A stretch of DNA of 64,000 nucleotides from contig CAYMAI010000009.1 of NCBI GenBank assembly GCA_964388445.1, positions 32,807 through 96,806 of the forward strand, given 5' to 3'. Positions 29,395 through 39,032 of this stretch are shown piece by piece. Made by a program: the position numbers and the translations under genes. The notes below the pieces were generated by a model. The model did no database searches, was not told the origin of the DNA, and was given only the letters and a program-made list of their open reading frames with translations. Each line of letters starts with the position of its first letter. Positions within the stretch are counted from its first letter, which is position 1. The DNA comes from an uncultured Planctomycetia bacterium (GTDB taxonomy: Bacteria; 4484-113; JAGGVC01).

Positions 29395-31512
29395 ATGACG
29401 AGCGGCGGCGAATCGGGCAAAAAGAAAACCACTGCGGCGCACAGAACCGCCGTAATCGCGGTCAGCACCGCGCTTGTCGTTGCGCTTTTTTACGCTCACC
29501 TTTTTCTTTTCCCGATTAAGCTTCAAATCGGTCAGATAGTTCCGTTTACGATTGCCAGCCCCGGCGACGGCGAATGGGTTGACAGTCAAGAGTTTGCAAA
29601 AATCAAAACCGAGGAATCCCAGGGCTTCGTACTCGACCAAAACGCCGCGGGCGAAGCCGTCCGGGCGCTGGCGACGTTCTTTTCCGAGATAAAGCGCACC
29701 GCGGAAATGCCGCCCGAATCGCGGCAATCCGCCCAGCTGGGCATCGGACTCAAATATCCGCCGGACGACCTTATGATTCAAAAACTCCTGACGACGGACT
29801 CCGGCCGGCTTGAGGAAATAGAAAGGGAAGCGACGCGGCTTCTGTCGGAATTCATGAACGAGCCTCTCGACGACGAGCGCGTGGCGACCTTGAAAAAGAA
29901 CTCCGAAAACGTCTATCTTTCGATTCAAGAGCAAATCGCCGTCAGTTTTCTAAATCCGAACTTAATTTTCTACGAAGCGCGCAATCCGGAAGAGCTTTTC
30001 AAGGACTTTTTCACGTTCAGAATCAAGAAAGGCGACATAATCATTTCCGAGGGTCAACAGGTTACACAGCAGGTTCTCGACAAACTCGAAGCCGTGAAAG
30101 ACGCGCGGAAACGCCAGGATTTGCTGACGTTCACCGGCCTTTCGCTGATGTACCTGATTATGATGATTCTTTGGGGCTACTACTTGAGGCGTTTCAAAAA
30201 CTTCATTTGGAAAAGCCCCCGCTCCCTCGCCATCGTGTACGGAATTCTTATTTTCAGCCTTGCGGTTTGCCTTGTCATTATCAGAATTCCGTTTCCATAT
30301 TTCTATTTTTCGGTGAATCTTCCGCTAATCATCGGCTGCATTCTTACATGCGTCGTGTTCGACCCGATATTCGCGCTTTACCTTTACGGCTCGCTTAGCC
30401 TGCTTTCGAGCTGGATGTTCGGGTTCAATACCGACCTTCTAATTTACAGCGTCGTCGGCGTCGTCACGCCTCCGGTGTTTCTTACGAGAATGAGCGACAG
30501 ATACCGGATAATCAGGCTCGGAATTATTCTCGGAATCATCAACGTTTATCTTGTCGGCATTGTTATTCTGGTCGGCGTTCAATCGTACTCGGTTTCGCCC
30601 TTCGTTATCGCGTTCGTCGCGGGCATAGCCGCGGCGATTTTCGCTCTCGGCAGCCAGCTTTTTCTCGACCAGCTTGCCGTTCCGCTTACTCGCACGAGAT
30701 TGGACGAGCTTTCCGATACGAACTCGCCGATTTTGCAGCAGCTTATGCTCAAGGCGCCCGGCACGTACAACCACTCGCTTGTAATGGCGCAAATGGCGGA
30801 AGAAGCCGCACGCGCCATCGGCGCGGACGCCCAGCTCGCACGCGTCGGCGCTCTTTATCACGACATCGGCAAAATCGCCCAGCCGAAGTTTTTCGGCGAG
30901 AATCTGGCGGATAAAACCAAAAATCCGCACAACAAACTGGAGCCGAAATCAAGCTATAACATCATTCTTCAGCACATCGAAAAAGGCGTGGAACTCGCGA
31001 AGAAAAACCGCCTTCCGCAGGAAATCGTCCAATTCATAATCACGCATCACGGCACGAGCGTTATGAAATATTTCTATCATCAAGCGTCCGGCACCGAAAA
31101 CGGAGTGCCGGTGACGCCGGACGAATTTTCATATCCCGGGCCGCTTCCTTCCGACCGGGAAACGACAATCGTGAACATCGCCGACAGCTGCGAGGCAATC
31201 GTTAGGGCGCGCGAGCTTGCGACCGAAGAAGAAATACGCAAAGTCGTCGAAGACGTTATCGACGAAAAAATCAAAACGAATCAGCTTGCGAAAAGCAATT
31301 TGAGCATAAAGGACTTAAATACAATCGCGAACGCATTCGTTTCCGTACTCTGCGGCATTTACCACAGCCGGATAAAGTATCCCGACGACATAAAGAAACA
31401 GCAATCCGCGGCAGCCGATTCCGCGGATTCCGGCGAGAGCGAAATCGCCGCGCCTACCGGTGAAGTCTCTCGCGCCCCGGCGGAGCCGAAGGGCGATTCT
31501 TTGGATTCGTAA
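29395..31512 (+). CDS. 7TM receptor with intracellular HD hydrolase (PgpH/YqfF-like)
   Basis: N-terminal extracellular domain, 7 TM helices, C-terminal HD domain (HSLVMAQ..., HDIGK, ITHHGTS). Conserved phoH-pgpH adjacency. Confidence 0.85.
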   Translation: MTSGGESGKKKTTAAHRTAVIAVSTALVVALFYAHLFLFPIKLQIGQIVPFTIASPGDGEWVDSQEFAKIKTEESQGFVLDQNAAGEAVRALATFFSEIKRTAEMPPESRQSAQLGIGLKYPPDDLMIQKLLTTDSGRLEEIEREATRLLSEFMNEPLDDERVATLKKNSENVYLSIQEQIAVSFLNPNLIFYEARNPEELFKDFFTFRIKKGDIIISEGQQVTQQVLDKLEAVKDARKRQDLLTFTGLSLMYLIMMILWGYYLRRFKNFIWKSPRSLAIVYGILIFSLAVCLVIIRIPFPYFYFSVNLPLIIGCILTCVVFDPIFALYLYGSLSLLSSWMFGFNTDLLIYSVVGVVTPPVFLTRMSDRYRIIRLGIILGIINVYLVGIVILVGVQSYSVSPFVIAFVAGIAAAIFALGSQLFLDQLAVPLTRTRLDELSDTNSPILQQLMLKAPGTYNHSLVMAQMAEEAARAIGADAQLARVGALYHDIGKIAQPKFFGENLADKTKNPHNKLEPKSSYNIILQHIEKGVELAKKNRLPQEIVQFIITHHGTSVMKYFYHQASGTENGVPVTPDEFSYPGPLPSDRETTIVNIADSCEAIVRARELATEEEIRKVVEDVIDEKIKTNQLAKSNLSIKDLNTIANAFVSVLCGIYHSRIKYPDDIKKQQSAAADSADSGESEIAAPTGEVSRAPAEPKGDSLDS

Positions 31513-31528
31513 CCGATCGTCTTCCGGT

Positions 31529-32473
31529 TTAATCCGTCCGCATCGCGTCGAGGTTCAAAATCGTTTTGCCGTCCGAAATCACAAGATTCGCGTTGGGATT
31601 CAGCCTGTCTATGGCGTACCACTGCAGATATTCAGGATATCTTTTAAGCGTCGCGGCGACGATTTCGATAGCCGCCGCCTGACCGCCGGCCTCTATTTTC
31701 TTGCGCTCGGCTTCCTGTTCTTCTTTTTCGAGTATGTACTGCATACGCTCGGCTTCCTGCTGCGCGCTTTTCTTTTCCTCGATGGCCGCTTTCACTTTGT
31801 CGGGCAGGTGTATGTTTCTGAGCAGAAATTCGTCTAGAACAATTCCGTCGTGTTCCAGCGCGGTTCTTATCGTGTCGTTCAGACTGCTTTGGATTTCGAT
31901 TCGTTTGAACGAATAGCTTTCCGTCGCTTCGTACTGGGCGAATTCCGAACGCATCGCTTCTCGCACTTTCGGGCGTATCGCTACCATCTGATAATTCGGC
32001 CCGAGTTTTTTGTGAAGTTCCGCCAGTCTTTCGAAGTCCGGTCGGAACCTGACGGTGATGTCCAGGCGCATTTCGAGTCCGTCGGACGAAAGCGCGATTA
32101 TCGAATCGTCCCCCGCCATTTCGCCTTCGTCGCGCGTACTGCTCATCGTATAAATCTGGCTACGCACGTTGTAGATGAACCTGCGGTTGGTAACGGGATT
32201 GATTAAATAAATGCCCTCCGGTTTCGCCTTCATGTCGAGGCCGCGGAAAATGTTGAAGTTGACCAGCGCGTGGCCGGGCTGGACGACTACGATGCTCGCG
32301 AACACCACGATGACGAATAGAATCGCCGCGGGAATCGCGATTAGCATATACGGCGGGGCGGCGCGCTCTCCGGGAAATACGTAGCCCCGTTCAAGCCGGT
32401 TCTTTTTGATTTTGTCGTAAATAAACGCCGCGACTATGATTAAAAAGATAATCAGCCCGAAATAATTGCCCAT
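31529..32473 (-). CDS. SPFH/band-7 (prohibitin/flotillin-like) membrane protein
   Basis: N-terminal TM (MGNYFGLIIFLIIVAAFIY), SPFH-like core and C-terminal coiled coil (EKKSAQQEAERMQYILEKEEQEAERKKIE). Confidence 0.75.
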   Translation of the reverse strand: MGNYFGLIIFLIIVAAFIYDKIKKNRLERGYVFPGERAAPPYMLIAIPAAILFVIVVFASIVVVQPGHALVNFNIFRGLDMKAKPEGIYLINPVTNRRFIYNVRSQIYTMSSTRDEGEMAGDDSIIALSSDGLEMRLDITVRFRPDFERLAELHKKLGPNYQMVAIRPKVREAMRSEFAQYEATESYSFKRIEIQSSLNDTIRTALEHDGIVLDEFLLRNIHLPDKVKAAIEEKKSAQQEAERMQYILEKEEQEAERKKIEAGGQAAAIEIVAATLKRYPEYLQWYAIDRLNPNANLVISDGKTILNLDAMRTD

Positions 32474-32539
32474 ATTAGCTCCTCCATTCCCTCGATTGCG
32501 CTTGGCGCACCGGTTATGTTCGATGCACGCGCCGCGCGA

Positions 32540-32752
32540 TTACCTCTCGTTCGAATCCACGGTCACGCCCGCATAGCCGGTAGATTGCGTTTGATACCAC
32601 TCGGACGTGCGCTCTTCCTTGACGACCCGCCCGACGGCGCTTGCGATTTTGTCCGCGACCGGCTTGCACTCCGGCCCCTTTATGCCGCGCGTCGTTATGT
32701 GAACGTCGCCGTTTTTTTTGATTACGATTTCCAGTTCCTTCATGTTCGACAT
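32540..32752 (-). CDS. Small conserved protein, DUF2997-like
   Basis: 70 aa, KELEIVIKKNGDVHITTRGIKGPECKPVADKIASAVGRVV..., matching my recollection of the DUF2997 pattern. 10 nt downstream of the DUF1257-like gene. Confidence 0.55.
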   Translation of the reverse strand: MSNMKELEIVIKKNGDVHITTRGIKGPECKPVADKIASAVGRVVKEERTSEWYQTQSTGYAGVTVDSNER

Positions 32753-32762
32753 GCGAATACTC

Positions 32763-33191
32763 CTAATACTTGCGCAAAATCACTTTGATGCTTCCGTCCG
32801 TCTCGTTTTTTTCCTCGACAAGCCTATAGCCCTGCTTGCCGGCTTCGTCCATGGCTTTAAGGTACGAGTATTTCTGCGAGACTTCTTCTACGAATGCCTT
32901 TTGCGATACCCCGCGCTTTTCGAGAGCCTCCCAATCCGCGATGAATTGATAGCTTCCGTCTTCGATTTTCCTGAAACCGATGTCGATGCCCTTCGCTTTG
33001 CCCACTTGAACGACGAAATCCACCTGTTCACGGCAGCCTTTTGCGTCCCTAACTTCCCTTATCTGATTGTTGACGATATGCCCCAGTTCGACCAGCGCGG
33101 CGCATAGAATCGGCAGGTCCAAAAAGAGTGTACCGACAGAAACGGCAATGAAAGTGCTCATATCCGTACTCCTTTGAAAGAGCCCCCGCAT
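32763..33191 (-). CDS. Conserved protein, DUF1257-like
   Basis: 142 aa with motifs recalled for DUF1257 (MS.F..V.....L..AL.ELG, IDIGF...DGSYQFIADW). First gene of a tight three-gene operon with DUF2997-like and SPFH genes. Confidence 0.55.
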   Translation of the reverse strand: MRGLFQRSTDMSTFIAVSVGTLFLDLPILCAALVELGHIVNNQIREVRDAKGCREQVDFVVQVGKAKGIDIGFRKIEDGSYQFIADWEALEKRGVSQKAFVEEVSQKYSYLKAMDEAGKQGYRLVEEKNETDGSIKVILRKY

Positions 33192-33267
33192 TAATCATAC
33201 CTCATCGAGTGCTGCGCCGCGCGATTCCGCAGAAAATTTCCGCCCATTCATTTCTTTTGCGGCAATC

Positions 33268-33762
33268 GTGGTAAAAATAGGCGTGTTGTTTCAAGAAAAA
33301 GAAAAGTACGAGTTCGCCGACCTCGTGGAAGTGATGCGAATCCTTCGATCTCCGGCCGGATGCCCTTGGGATCGGGAACAAACCCTCGAATCGCTCAAGC
33401 CGTATTGCGAGGAAGAGGCGGGCGAAGTGGTCTCGGCAATGGAACGCGTTCTCGAAAGCGGCATGGAAGACGGATGGGACGAGCTTTGCGAAGAGCTTGG
33501 AGACCTTCTTTTACAGGTGGTTTTTCAAGCGCGTCTTGCGGAAGAATTGAATAAGTTCGGCGCGGGCGAAGTTGTGGACGGCATTGTGAAAAAGCTCGTA
33601 CGAAGGCATCCGCACGTCTTCGGCGAAACCAGCGCCGAAACCAGCGGGGAAGTCCTGACGAATTGGAAGGCCATCAAAAACGCAGAAAAGGCAGCAAAAC
33701 TTGAGGGGCGCGAGCTTTCCGCGCTCGAAGCCGAAGGAATGTTGAAAAACCGTAAAGATTGA
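33268..33762 (+). CDS. mazG: MazG-family nucleoside triphosphate pyrophosphohydrolase
   Basis: LVEVMRILRSPAGCPWDREQT...EE.GEV... EELGDLLLQVVF, hallmark MazG motifs. Confidence 0.85.
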   Translation: MVKIGVLFQEKEKYEFADLVEVMRILRSPAGCPWDREQTLESLKPYCEEEAGEVVSAMERVLESGMEDGWDELCEELGDLLLQVVFQARLAEELNKFGAGEVVDGIVKKLVRRHPHVFGETSAETSGEVLTNWKAIKNAEKAAKLEGRELSALEAEGMLKNRKD

Positions 33763-33841
33763 TTTTTTACCAATCAGGTATAGAATATCGGACTTCGATT
33801 CCGGGGGCGCTTTGCCGGCGGAATTAAAAGCGAGGTAACGC

Positions 33842-34609
33842 ATGGGCATAGAAGGAAAGGCGATGAGCGGCCGCAAGGCGCTTATAACGGGCGGAAGCCG
33901 CGGCATCGGCCGCGCTTGCGCGGTGCATCTGGCGGAGCATGGATGCGACGTAGCGATTAACTATCTGCGCAATTCGGCGGCGGCGGAAGAAACCGCCGAG
34001 CTTGTTCGCAGTCACGGCTCCGAGGCGCTTTTGTTGCGCTACAACGTCGGCAAGGTGGAAAACATTCAAGAGATGTTCTCCGAAGTCAAAGACAAATGGG
34101 GGCATCTCGACATTTTCATTTCGAACGCCGTCCTCGGCGTTCTCAGGCCCGCGGAAGTCTTTCCGGAAAAAGGCTGGGAAATGACGGTTGACATAAACGC
34201 GAAGGCATATTTGTTTTGCGCGCAGGAGGCGGTAAAACTGATGAACGGACGCAACAAAGGCCACATCGTCGCGCTGTCGTCAATCGGCAGCATCCGTTGC
34301 ATGCCCGGCTATTCGGTCATCGGCGCGTCGAAAGCGGCGATTGAAACCCTCACTCGCTATCTGGCTCTCGAACTTGCGCCGAAACATATCAATGTCAATT
34401 GCGTGTCCGGCGGCCCGATAGATACGGAGGCGCTCCGGGCGTTTCCGAATTACGACGAGTTGGTCGCCGACACGGAAAAGAACACGCCGCTCGGAAGGAT
34501 GGGTACGCCGGAAGATTTGGCGAACGTCGTCGTTTGGCTTTGCAGCGACGAATCGAGTTGGGTCACCGGTCAGACGATTATCGCCGACGGCGGCCTCACG
34601 CTAATGTAG
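33842..34609 (+). CDS. Short-chain dehydrogenase/reductase (FabG/FabL-like)
   Basis: TGGSRGIG Rossmann motif, catalytic S...Y..AK region. 255 aa. Confidence 0.85.
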   Translation: MGIEGKAMSGRKALITGGSRGIGRACAVHLAEHGCDVAINYLRNSAAAEETAELVRSHGSEALLLRYNVGKVENIQEMFSEVKDKWGHLDIFISNAVLGVLRPAEVFPEKGWEMTVDINAKAYLFCAQEAVKLMNGRNKGHIVALSSIGSIRCMPGYSVIGASKAAIETLTRYLALELAPKHINVNCVSGGPIDTEALRAFPNYDELVADTEKNTPLGRMGTPEDLANVVVWLCSDESSWVTGQTIIADGGLTLM

Positions 34610-34666
34610 CAATCGCTCCGCCCGCTTTTGGCGCGGCGGCTTCATTCATTTTTTCGGAGGAATAGG

Positions 34667-35176
34667 ATGAGTGCATTTCGTGTTTCGCATTTGGTTCTTG
34701 CCGTTTCGATTTTCTTGCTTGCGCTCGCCGGCGCCGCGCCGGCACAGATGCAGGGCGAACATTCCAACTTGGACGACGCCACCGAGCTCGCATACGCATA
34801 CGCGATGAACGACCTGAGCGTCGAAATAGTGGCGGTAATCTACAACTACTCGGGAATGGTGTGGGAGTCGTTCGACGGAGGCGCGCTCGACAGCAACAAC
34901 GCCCAGCTCGAACTTGTATACGTGGAAAACGTGCTTTTTTCCGCATCGGAAGCGGTTGGCGGGATTCTCGACACCGTCGAGGACGGCCATCCGGTTTTCG
35001 AAATCCTCAACCCACACATGGACTGCTATTATTACTTCGTTGACTACGTCGGCGCGCTTTACGAGTATTTCGGCAATCCCACCGACGCCAACTACCAGTT
35101 CGTTCTCGATTCGAAGCGCATAGTCGAGCCCTATATGGAAGCCATCGGCCTCGATATAAAGGGCAGGGGCGAGTAG
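34667..35176 (+). CDS. Hypothetical secreted protein
   Basis: GGAGG RBS then ATG. Signal peptide MSAFRVSHLVLAVSIFLLALAGAAPAQ. No known domain. Confidence 0.55.
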   Translation: MSAFRVSHLVLAVSIFLLALAGAAPAQMQGEHSNLDDATELAYAYAMNDLSVEIVAVIYNYSGMVWESFDGGALDSNNAQLELVYVENVLFSASEAVGGILDTVEDGHPVFEILNPHMDCYYYFVDYVGALYEYFGNPTDANYQFVLDSKRIVEPYMEAIGLDIKGRGE

Positions 35177-35215
35177 TATTTTGCCCGTAATCCCTCGCGG
35201 AGGGGAAGAAACCGG

Positions 35216-36400
35216 ATGAGCTACAGGCTCAACATCGGCATCGCCTGCTATCCGACCTATGGAGGAAGCGGCGTGGTTGCGACGGAGCTGGCGCGCTATC
35301 TTGCGCGCATCGGCCATAATCTGCACGTCGTCAGTTACGACTTTCCGGTGCGAATGCCGGCCTGCGACCCCAACATCACATTCCACGCGGTCACGCCGAA
35401 GGACTATTCGCTTTTCAACAGCCAGCCTTACGCAATAAGCCTTGCCTCGAAGCTCGCCGAGGTCGCGCTGGATTACGAACTTGACATATTGCATGTGCAT
35501 TACGCGATTCCGCATGCGGTTTCCGGCTATCTGGCGCGCGCGATGGTTAACCGTTCCCGGCCACTAAAATTGATTACTACGCTTCACGGAACCGACATTA
35601 CGCTCGTCGGAAGCGACCCGAGCTATTACGAAATCGTAAAATTCGCTATCGAGGAAAGCGACGGCGTGACCGCGGTCAGCCGCCATTTGGTTGACGAAAC
35701 CGTCGCAAGATTCCAAATAAACCGCCATATAGACATGATTCACAACTTCATCAATCCTGATGAATACAAAGGACGCGGCGGACAAAACAGGCTGAAAAAA
35801 CAGCTGGCGCCTGGCGGCGAGCGGATTCTTTGCCACATTTCCAACTTCCGGCCGGTCAAGCGAGCGGCGGATGCTGTCGCCGTTGCGGCGAAAGTCGCAA
35901 AAAAACACCGTGTCAAGCTCTTGATGGTCGGCGACGGCGTGGATATGCCCCATGTGAGGCAAGTAACCAAAGACCTCGGCGCGGAATGTTTCGTTTCGTT
36001 TCTCGGCAACCGCTCGGACGTGATGGACATTCTCGAAGCCGCGGAAGTTTTCATAATGCCTAGCGAGAGCGAAAGCTTCGGTCTTGCGGCGCTCGAAGCG
36101 ATGGCGTCGAAGTGCGCCGTCGTCGCCTCGACTGCCGGCGGAGTCCCGGAAGTAGTAACCCCGCAATGCGGTTTTCTGCATCCGATAGGCGATATAGACG
36201 GGATGGCTGCAAGTCTCGATTCGCTTTTATCAGATCCCCCGCTGCTCGACGAAATGCAAAACGCCGCACGAAAGCGCGCGTTCACGAATTTCGACGTCCG
36301 CTCGATAGTTTCGGAATATTTGAATTGCTATCAGCGCGTTCTAGGCAAAGCCGAATCGCTCGGCCCGGAATACCGCTCGCCGCGTCCCCAGCACGATTGA
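35216..36400 (+). CDS. GT4-family glycosyltransferase, BshA/MshA-like (N-acetylglucosaminyl-malate synthase-like)
   Basis: N-terminus LNIGIACYPTYGGSGVVATELARYLARIGHNLHVVSY closely resembles the B. subtilis BshA N-terminus from memory. C-terminal GT1/GT4 EX7E region (ESESFGLAALEAMA). Confidence 0.7.
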   Translation: MSYRLNIGIACYPTYGGSGVVATELARYLARIGHNLHVVSYDFPVRMPACDPNITFHAVTPKDYSLFNSQPYAISLASKLAEVALDYELDILHVHYAIPHAVSGYLARAMVNRSRPLKLITTLHGTDITLVGSDPSYYEIVKFAIEESDGVTAVSRHLVDETVARFQINRHIDMIHNFINPDEYKGRGGQNRLKKQLAPGGERILCHISNFRPVKRAADAVAVAAKVAKKHRVKLLMVGDGVDMPHVRQVTKDLGAECFVSFLGNRSDVMDILEAAEVFIMPSESESFGLAALEAMASKCAVVASTAGGVPEVVTPQCGFLHPIGDIDGMAASLDSLLSDPPLLDEMQNAARKRAFTNFDVRSIVSEYLNCYQRVLGKAESLGPEYRSPRPQHD

Positions 36401-36485
36401 CGGCGGACGGAGCAATTCGGCAAACCGGTCAAGCGTGCGGCAAATCCGCCGATAAAACTGATGCCGGAAGGCGGAGGTTTCGCGC

Positions 36486-36998
36486 TTGCAAAAGGTGCTT
36501 TCAAGTTACACGGAAAACGAAATATTGACCGCAGAGCCGGAAAAGCTCGTGCTTCTGATGTACGACGGCGCGGTCAAGTTCATCCGACAGGCCAAGGCGG
36601 CGGTTCGCGAAGGCCGGGTCGAAGACGCGCACACGGCGATTCTCCGTTCGTACGCGATTATCGCCGAATTGCAAGCCACGCTGGACAAGGAAAAGGGAGG
36701 CGAAATCGCCGCCGGTCTGGACAAATCCTACGATTTCATGCTCAATCACCTGCGCGAAGCCGACATGAAAAAAGACGAAAAACTGCTTGCCGAAGTCGAA
36801 AACCTGCTAACTCCGCTTGCCGAAACTTGGAAGACGGCTTTCTTCAGCCGCAATGGCAACGGCGCGACGGCGGAAGGCCGGATGCCGCATGGCGACGCCG
36901 CCCCGGCGCAGCCGCCGAAACCCCAAAAAATCGAACCAGTCGCGCGCGTCTCGCCGCCCGCGGACAAACCATCCATTTCCATCGACCTTCGCGGATGA
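36486..36998 (+). CDS. fliS: Flagellar export chaperone FliS-like, with Pro-rich C-terminal tail
   Basis: TTG start after GGAGG. YTENEILTAEPEKLVLLMYDGAVKFIRQAKAAVREG...GGEIAAGLDKSYDFMLNHL matches the FliS helical bundle. No other flagellar genes in window. Confidence 0.7.
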   Translation: MQKVLSSYTENEILTAEPEKLVLLMYDGAVKFIRQAKAAVREGRVEDAHTAILRSYAIIAELQATLDKEKGGEIAAGLDKSYDFMLNHLREADMKKDEKLLAEVENLLTPLAETWKTAFFSRNGNGATAEGRMPHGDAAPAQPPKPQKIEPVARVSPPADKPSISIDLRG

Positions 36999-36999
36999 C

Positions 37000-37416
37000 A
37001 TGAAAAACACCGCAACAAACAATTCGCATCGTTCCGACTCGCGGTCTTTCGCGGGAATTTACGCCGACCTTTTGCGGCTTCAAGACTCTATAAAGGAAAA
37101 GCTTCTGGACGGCGAACTCGAAGGGCTTGCGGAATTGATAGATACGAAGGGAGATTGGGAAAAAGCGCTCGCCGAATCGTCGGAATCGCTTTCGCCCGAA
37201 GCCGTTCTCGAAAACGCCGCTCTAATGGAAGGCTATTTCAAAAACGACCGCGAAATAGCGGAGATTCTCGCCGCCAAAATGAAACTCGCGAATACCGCAA
37301 TTCAAAAGGCATCCATCGCGAGGAAAATCATGTCGAATTTTCAAAAAGCCGGCACGGAATCCGCAAATGAAAAGAGCCGGCCCCCCTCCGGCTCTTTCTT
37401 CGACGCATCCGGCTAG
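37000..37416 (+). CDS. Hypothetical helical protein immediately downstream of fliS (FliT/FlgN-like position)
   Basis: ATG at 37000 overlaps fliS stop (TGAcATG). 138 aa, predicted all-helical, acidic. Functional call by position only. Confidence 0.4.
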   Translation: MKNTATNNSHRSDSRSFAGIYADLLRLQDSIKEKLLDGELEGLAELIDTKGDWEKALAESSESLSPEAVLENAALMEGYFKNDREIAEILAAKMKLANTAIQKASIARKIMSNFQKAGTESANEKSRPPSGSFFDASG

Positions 37417-37457
37417 AACTCCGCTTATCCGCAAAGGGAATTCGGGAATCTAGCGGG

Positions 37458-38474
37458 CTATTGCGTAATGTCCTTCGGCGGATTTTCGCCATCGCCTTTG
37501 CCGCCGTCTTCGCCTTCCGTAAGCTGTTTCATCAATCCTTCTCCGGAGGCAAGCCCGACGAGACCGCCGAGATTCATACTGTCTATGGCGCTCGAAGGAA
37601 CAATCATCAAGCTGCCTTTTTCTTTAAGCCCTTCGAAAAGCATGTTCATCGCGCGAAGGTGAAGCGCGGTCGGATTTTTCAAGTACGCCTTCGAGGCTTC
37701 GGCGAAGCTGTCCGCGATTTGCCTTTCGCTGTCGCCTAGGATTATTCGCGCTTGCCTTTCCCGCTCCGCCTGCGCTTGGCGGCTCATCGTGTCCTGCAGC
37801 TCTTGCGGTATCCGAATGTCGCGCACTTCGACGCTTTGCACGGTTACGCCCCAAGGTTCCGTGCGGCTGTCTATCAATTTTTCAAGCGCGGCATCGATTA
37901 CGTCGCGTCCCACCAAAAGGTCGGCGAGCTCGGTTTTGCCGATGATATCGCGCAGCGCGGTTTGCGCGGCCCATGTCACGGCTTCTTGATAGTTTTCAAC
38001 TTCGAGCGCGGCCTTCTTCGGGTCGTACACCATCCAAAACATGACGGCATCCACGTTCACCGGCACGGTGTCGCGCGTCAGCGTCTGTTCCGCCAGAAGG
38101 TCGGCGGCGCGCACGCGAATGTCCGTCCACTTGCCGATGGTGTCCACGAAAGGAATCAACATAAACGGCCCCGGTCCGTATATCCCGCAGAATTTGCCGA
38201 ACCGCAGTACGGCGACTCTGTCCCACTGGTCGGCAACCTTCAGGCAGAACATGAAGATGAAGCCGAGAATCATCCAGCCGAAAAACCATCCTAGACCGGG
38301 GAGAGCTTTCGCGTCTTCTCCTTCCGGCCCCACGATAATCAAAAGACCCACTATGCCGATAATGATGCAAATCGTGAACAGAAAAATCGCGAACGGATGA
38401 ATTTTCTGCGAAGGACTCGCAACGTAATTCTGCTTCGCGGCGAGCCCCGCAACTCCAAGCGGAATGTAACCCAT
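37458..38474 (-). CDS. SPFH/band-7 stomatin-like membrane protein
   Basis: N-terminal TM helices then stomatin-like core (RVAVLRFGKFCGIYGPGPFMLIPFVDT...). Confidence 0.8.
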   Translation of the reverse strand: MGYIPLGVAGLAAKQNYVASPSQKIHPFAIFLFTICIIIGIVGLLIIVGPEGEDAKALPGLGWFFGWMILGFIFMFCLKVADQWDRVAVLRFGKFCGIYGPGPFMLIPFVDTIGKWTDIRVRAADLLAEQTLTRDTVPVNVDAVMFWMVYDPKKAALEVENYQEAVTWAAQTALRDIIGKTELADLLVGRDVIDAALEKLIDSRTEPWGVTVQSVEVRDIRIPQELQDTMSRQAQAERERQARIILGDSERQIADSFAEASKAYLKNPTALHLRAMNMLFEGLKEKGSLMIVPSSAIDSMNLGGLVGLASGEGLMKQLTEGEDGGKGDGENPPKDITQ

Positions 38475-38505
38475 CTCAATTACTCCTTTGAAAAGCTTAA
38501 ACTAT

Positions 38506-38952
38506 TCAGCTTCGGAGCGCATCGTCGGCCTTTTCCCTAAGGAAGTCGGCGATTCTCCTTTTGTCCCCTCCTTCGTTGAGCGCAAGCCCAAGAAGGTTTG
38601 AAACCTGGTCAAGCAAGTCGTCGATTCGGTCTCTCGAAGGTGCAGGCGCTGTTTCCGGCACATACGAGCCGGTACCCCGCCGCATTTCGATTACGCCCTC
38701 GGCGGCAAGCTCTCGATAAACTCGAGCCACAGTATTGGCGTTGATTCCAAGGTCCACGGAAAGGGCGCGCACCGTGGGCAACTGCAATCCCGGCTTAAGC
38801 GCACCGCTCGTAATCAAATAGCGCAGGTTGTTTTTCAGCTGTACGTAAATCGGTATTTCGCTTCCCGCGTCTATCCCGATTTCCAGCCCGGATTCCCACT
38901 TGCGGCTCCTCGTAGCCTTAGCCATCGCACCGTCCCAAGACAAATTAGTCAA
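38506..38952 (-). CDS. GntR-family transcriptional regulator
   Basis: Winged HTH (LPTVRALSVDLGINANTVARVYRELAAEGVIEMRRGTGSYV). Confidence 0.8.
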   Translation of the reverse strand: MTNLSWDGAMAKATRSRKWESGLEIGIDAGSEIPIYVQLKNNLRYLITSGALKPGLQLPTVRALSVDLGINANTVARVYRELAAEGVIEMRRGTGSYVPETAPAPSRDRIDDLLDQVSNLLGLALNEGGDKRRIADFLREKADDALRS

Positions 38953-39032
38953 CTAGCGTACTAGTCAACTAATACAATAATACCACGCGAATCCTGAAAG
39001 TCAATGGTTTCGAGTTTAAAAAATAAAAAAAA

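Noticed and set aside
29284-29934. 216-aa minus-strand ORF
   Set aside because: Spans the phoH/pgpH junction antisense. No homology. An artefact.
34646-35515. 289-aa minus-strand ORF
   Set aside because: Antisense to the secreted protein gene and the bshA-like gene. R/V/A-rich. An artefact.
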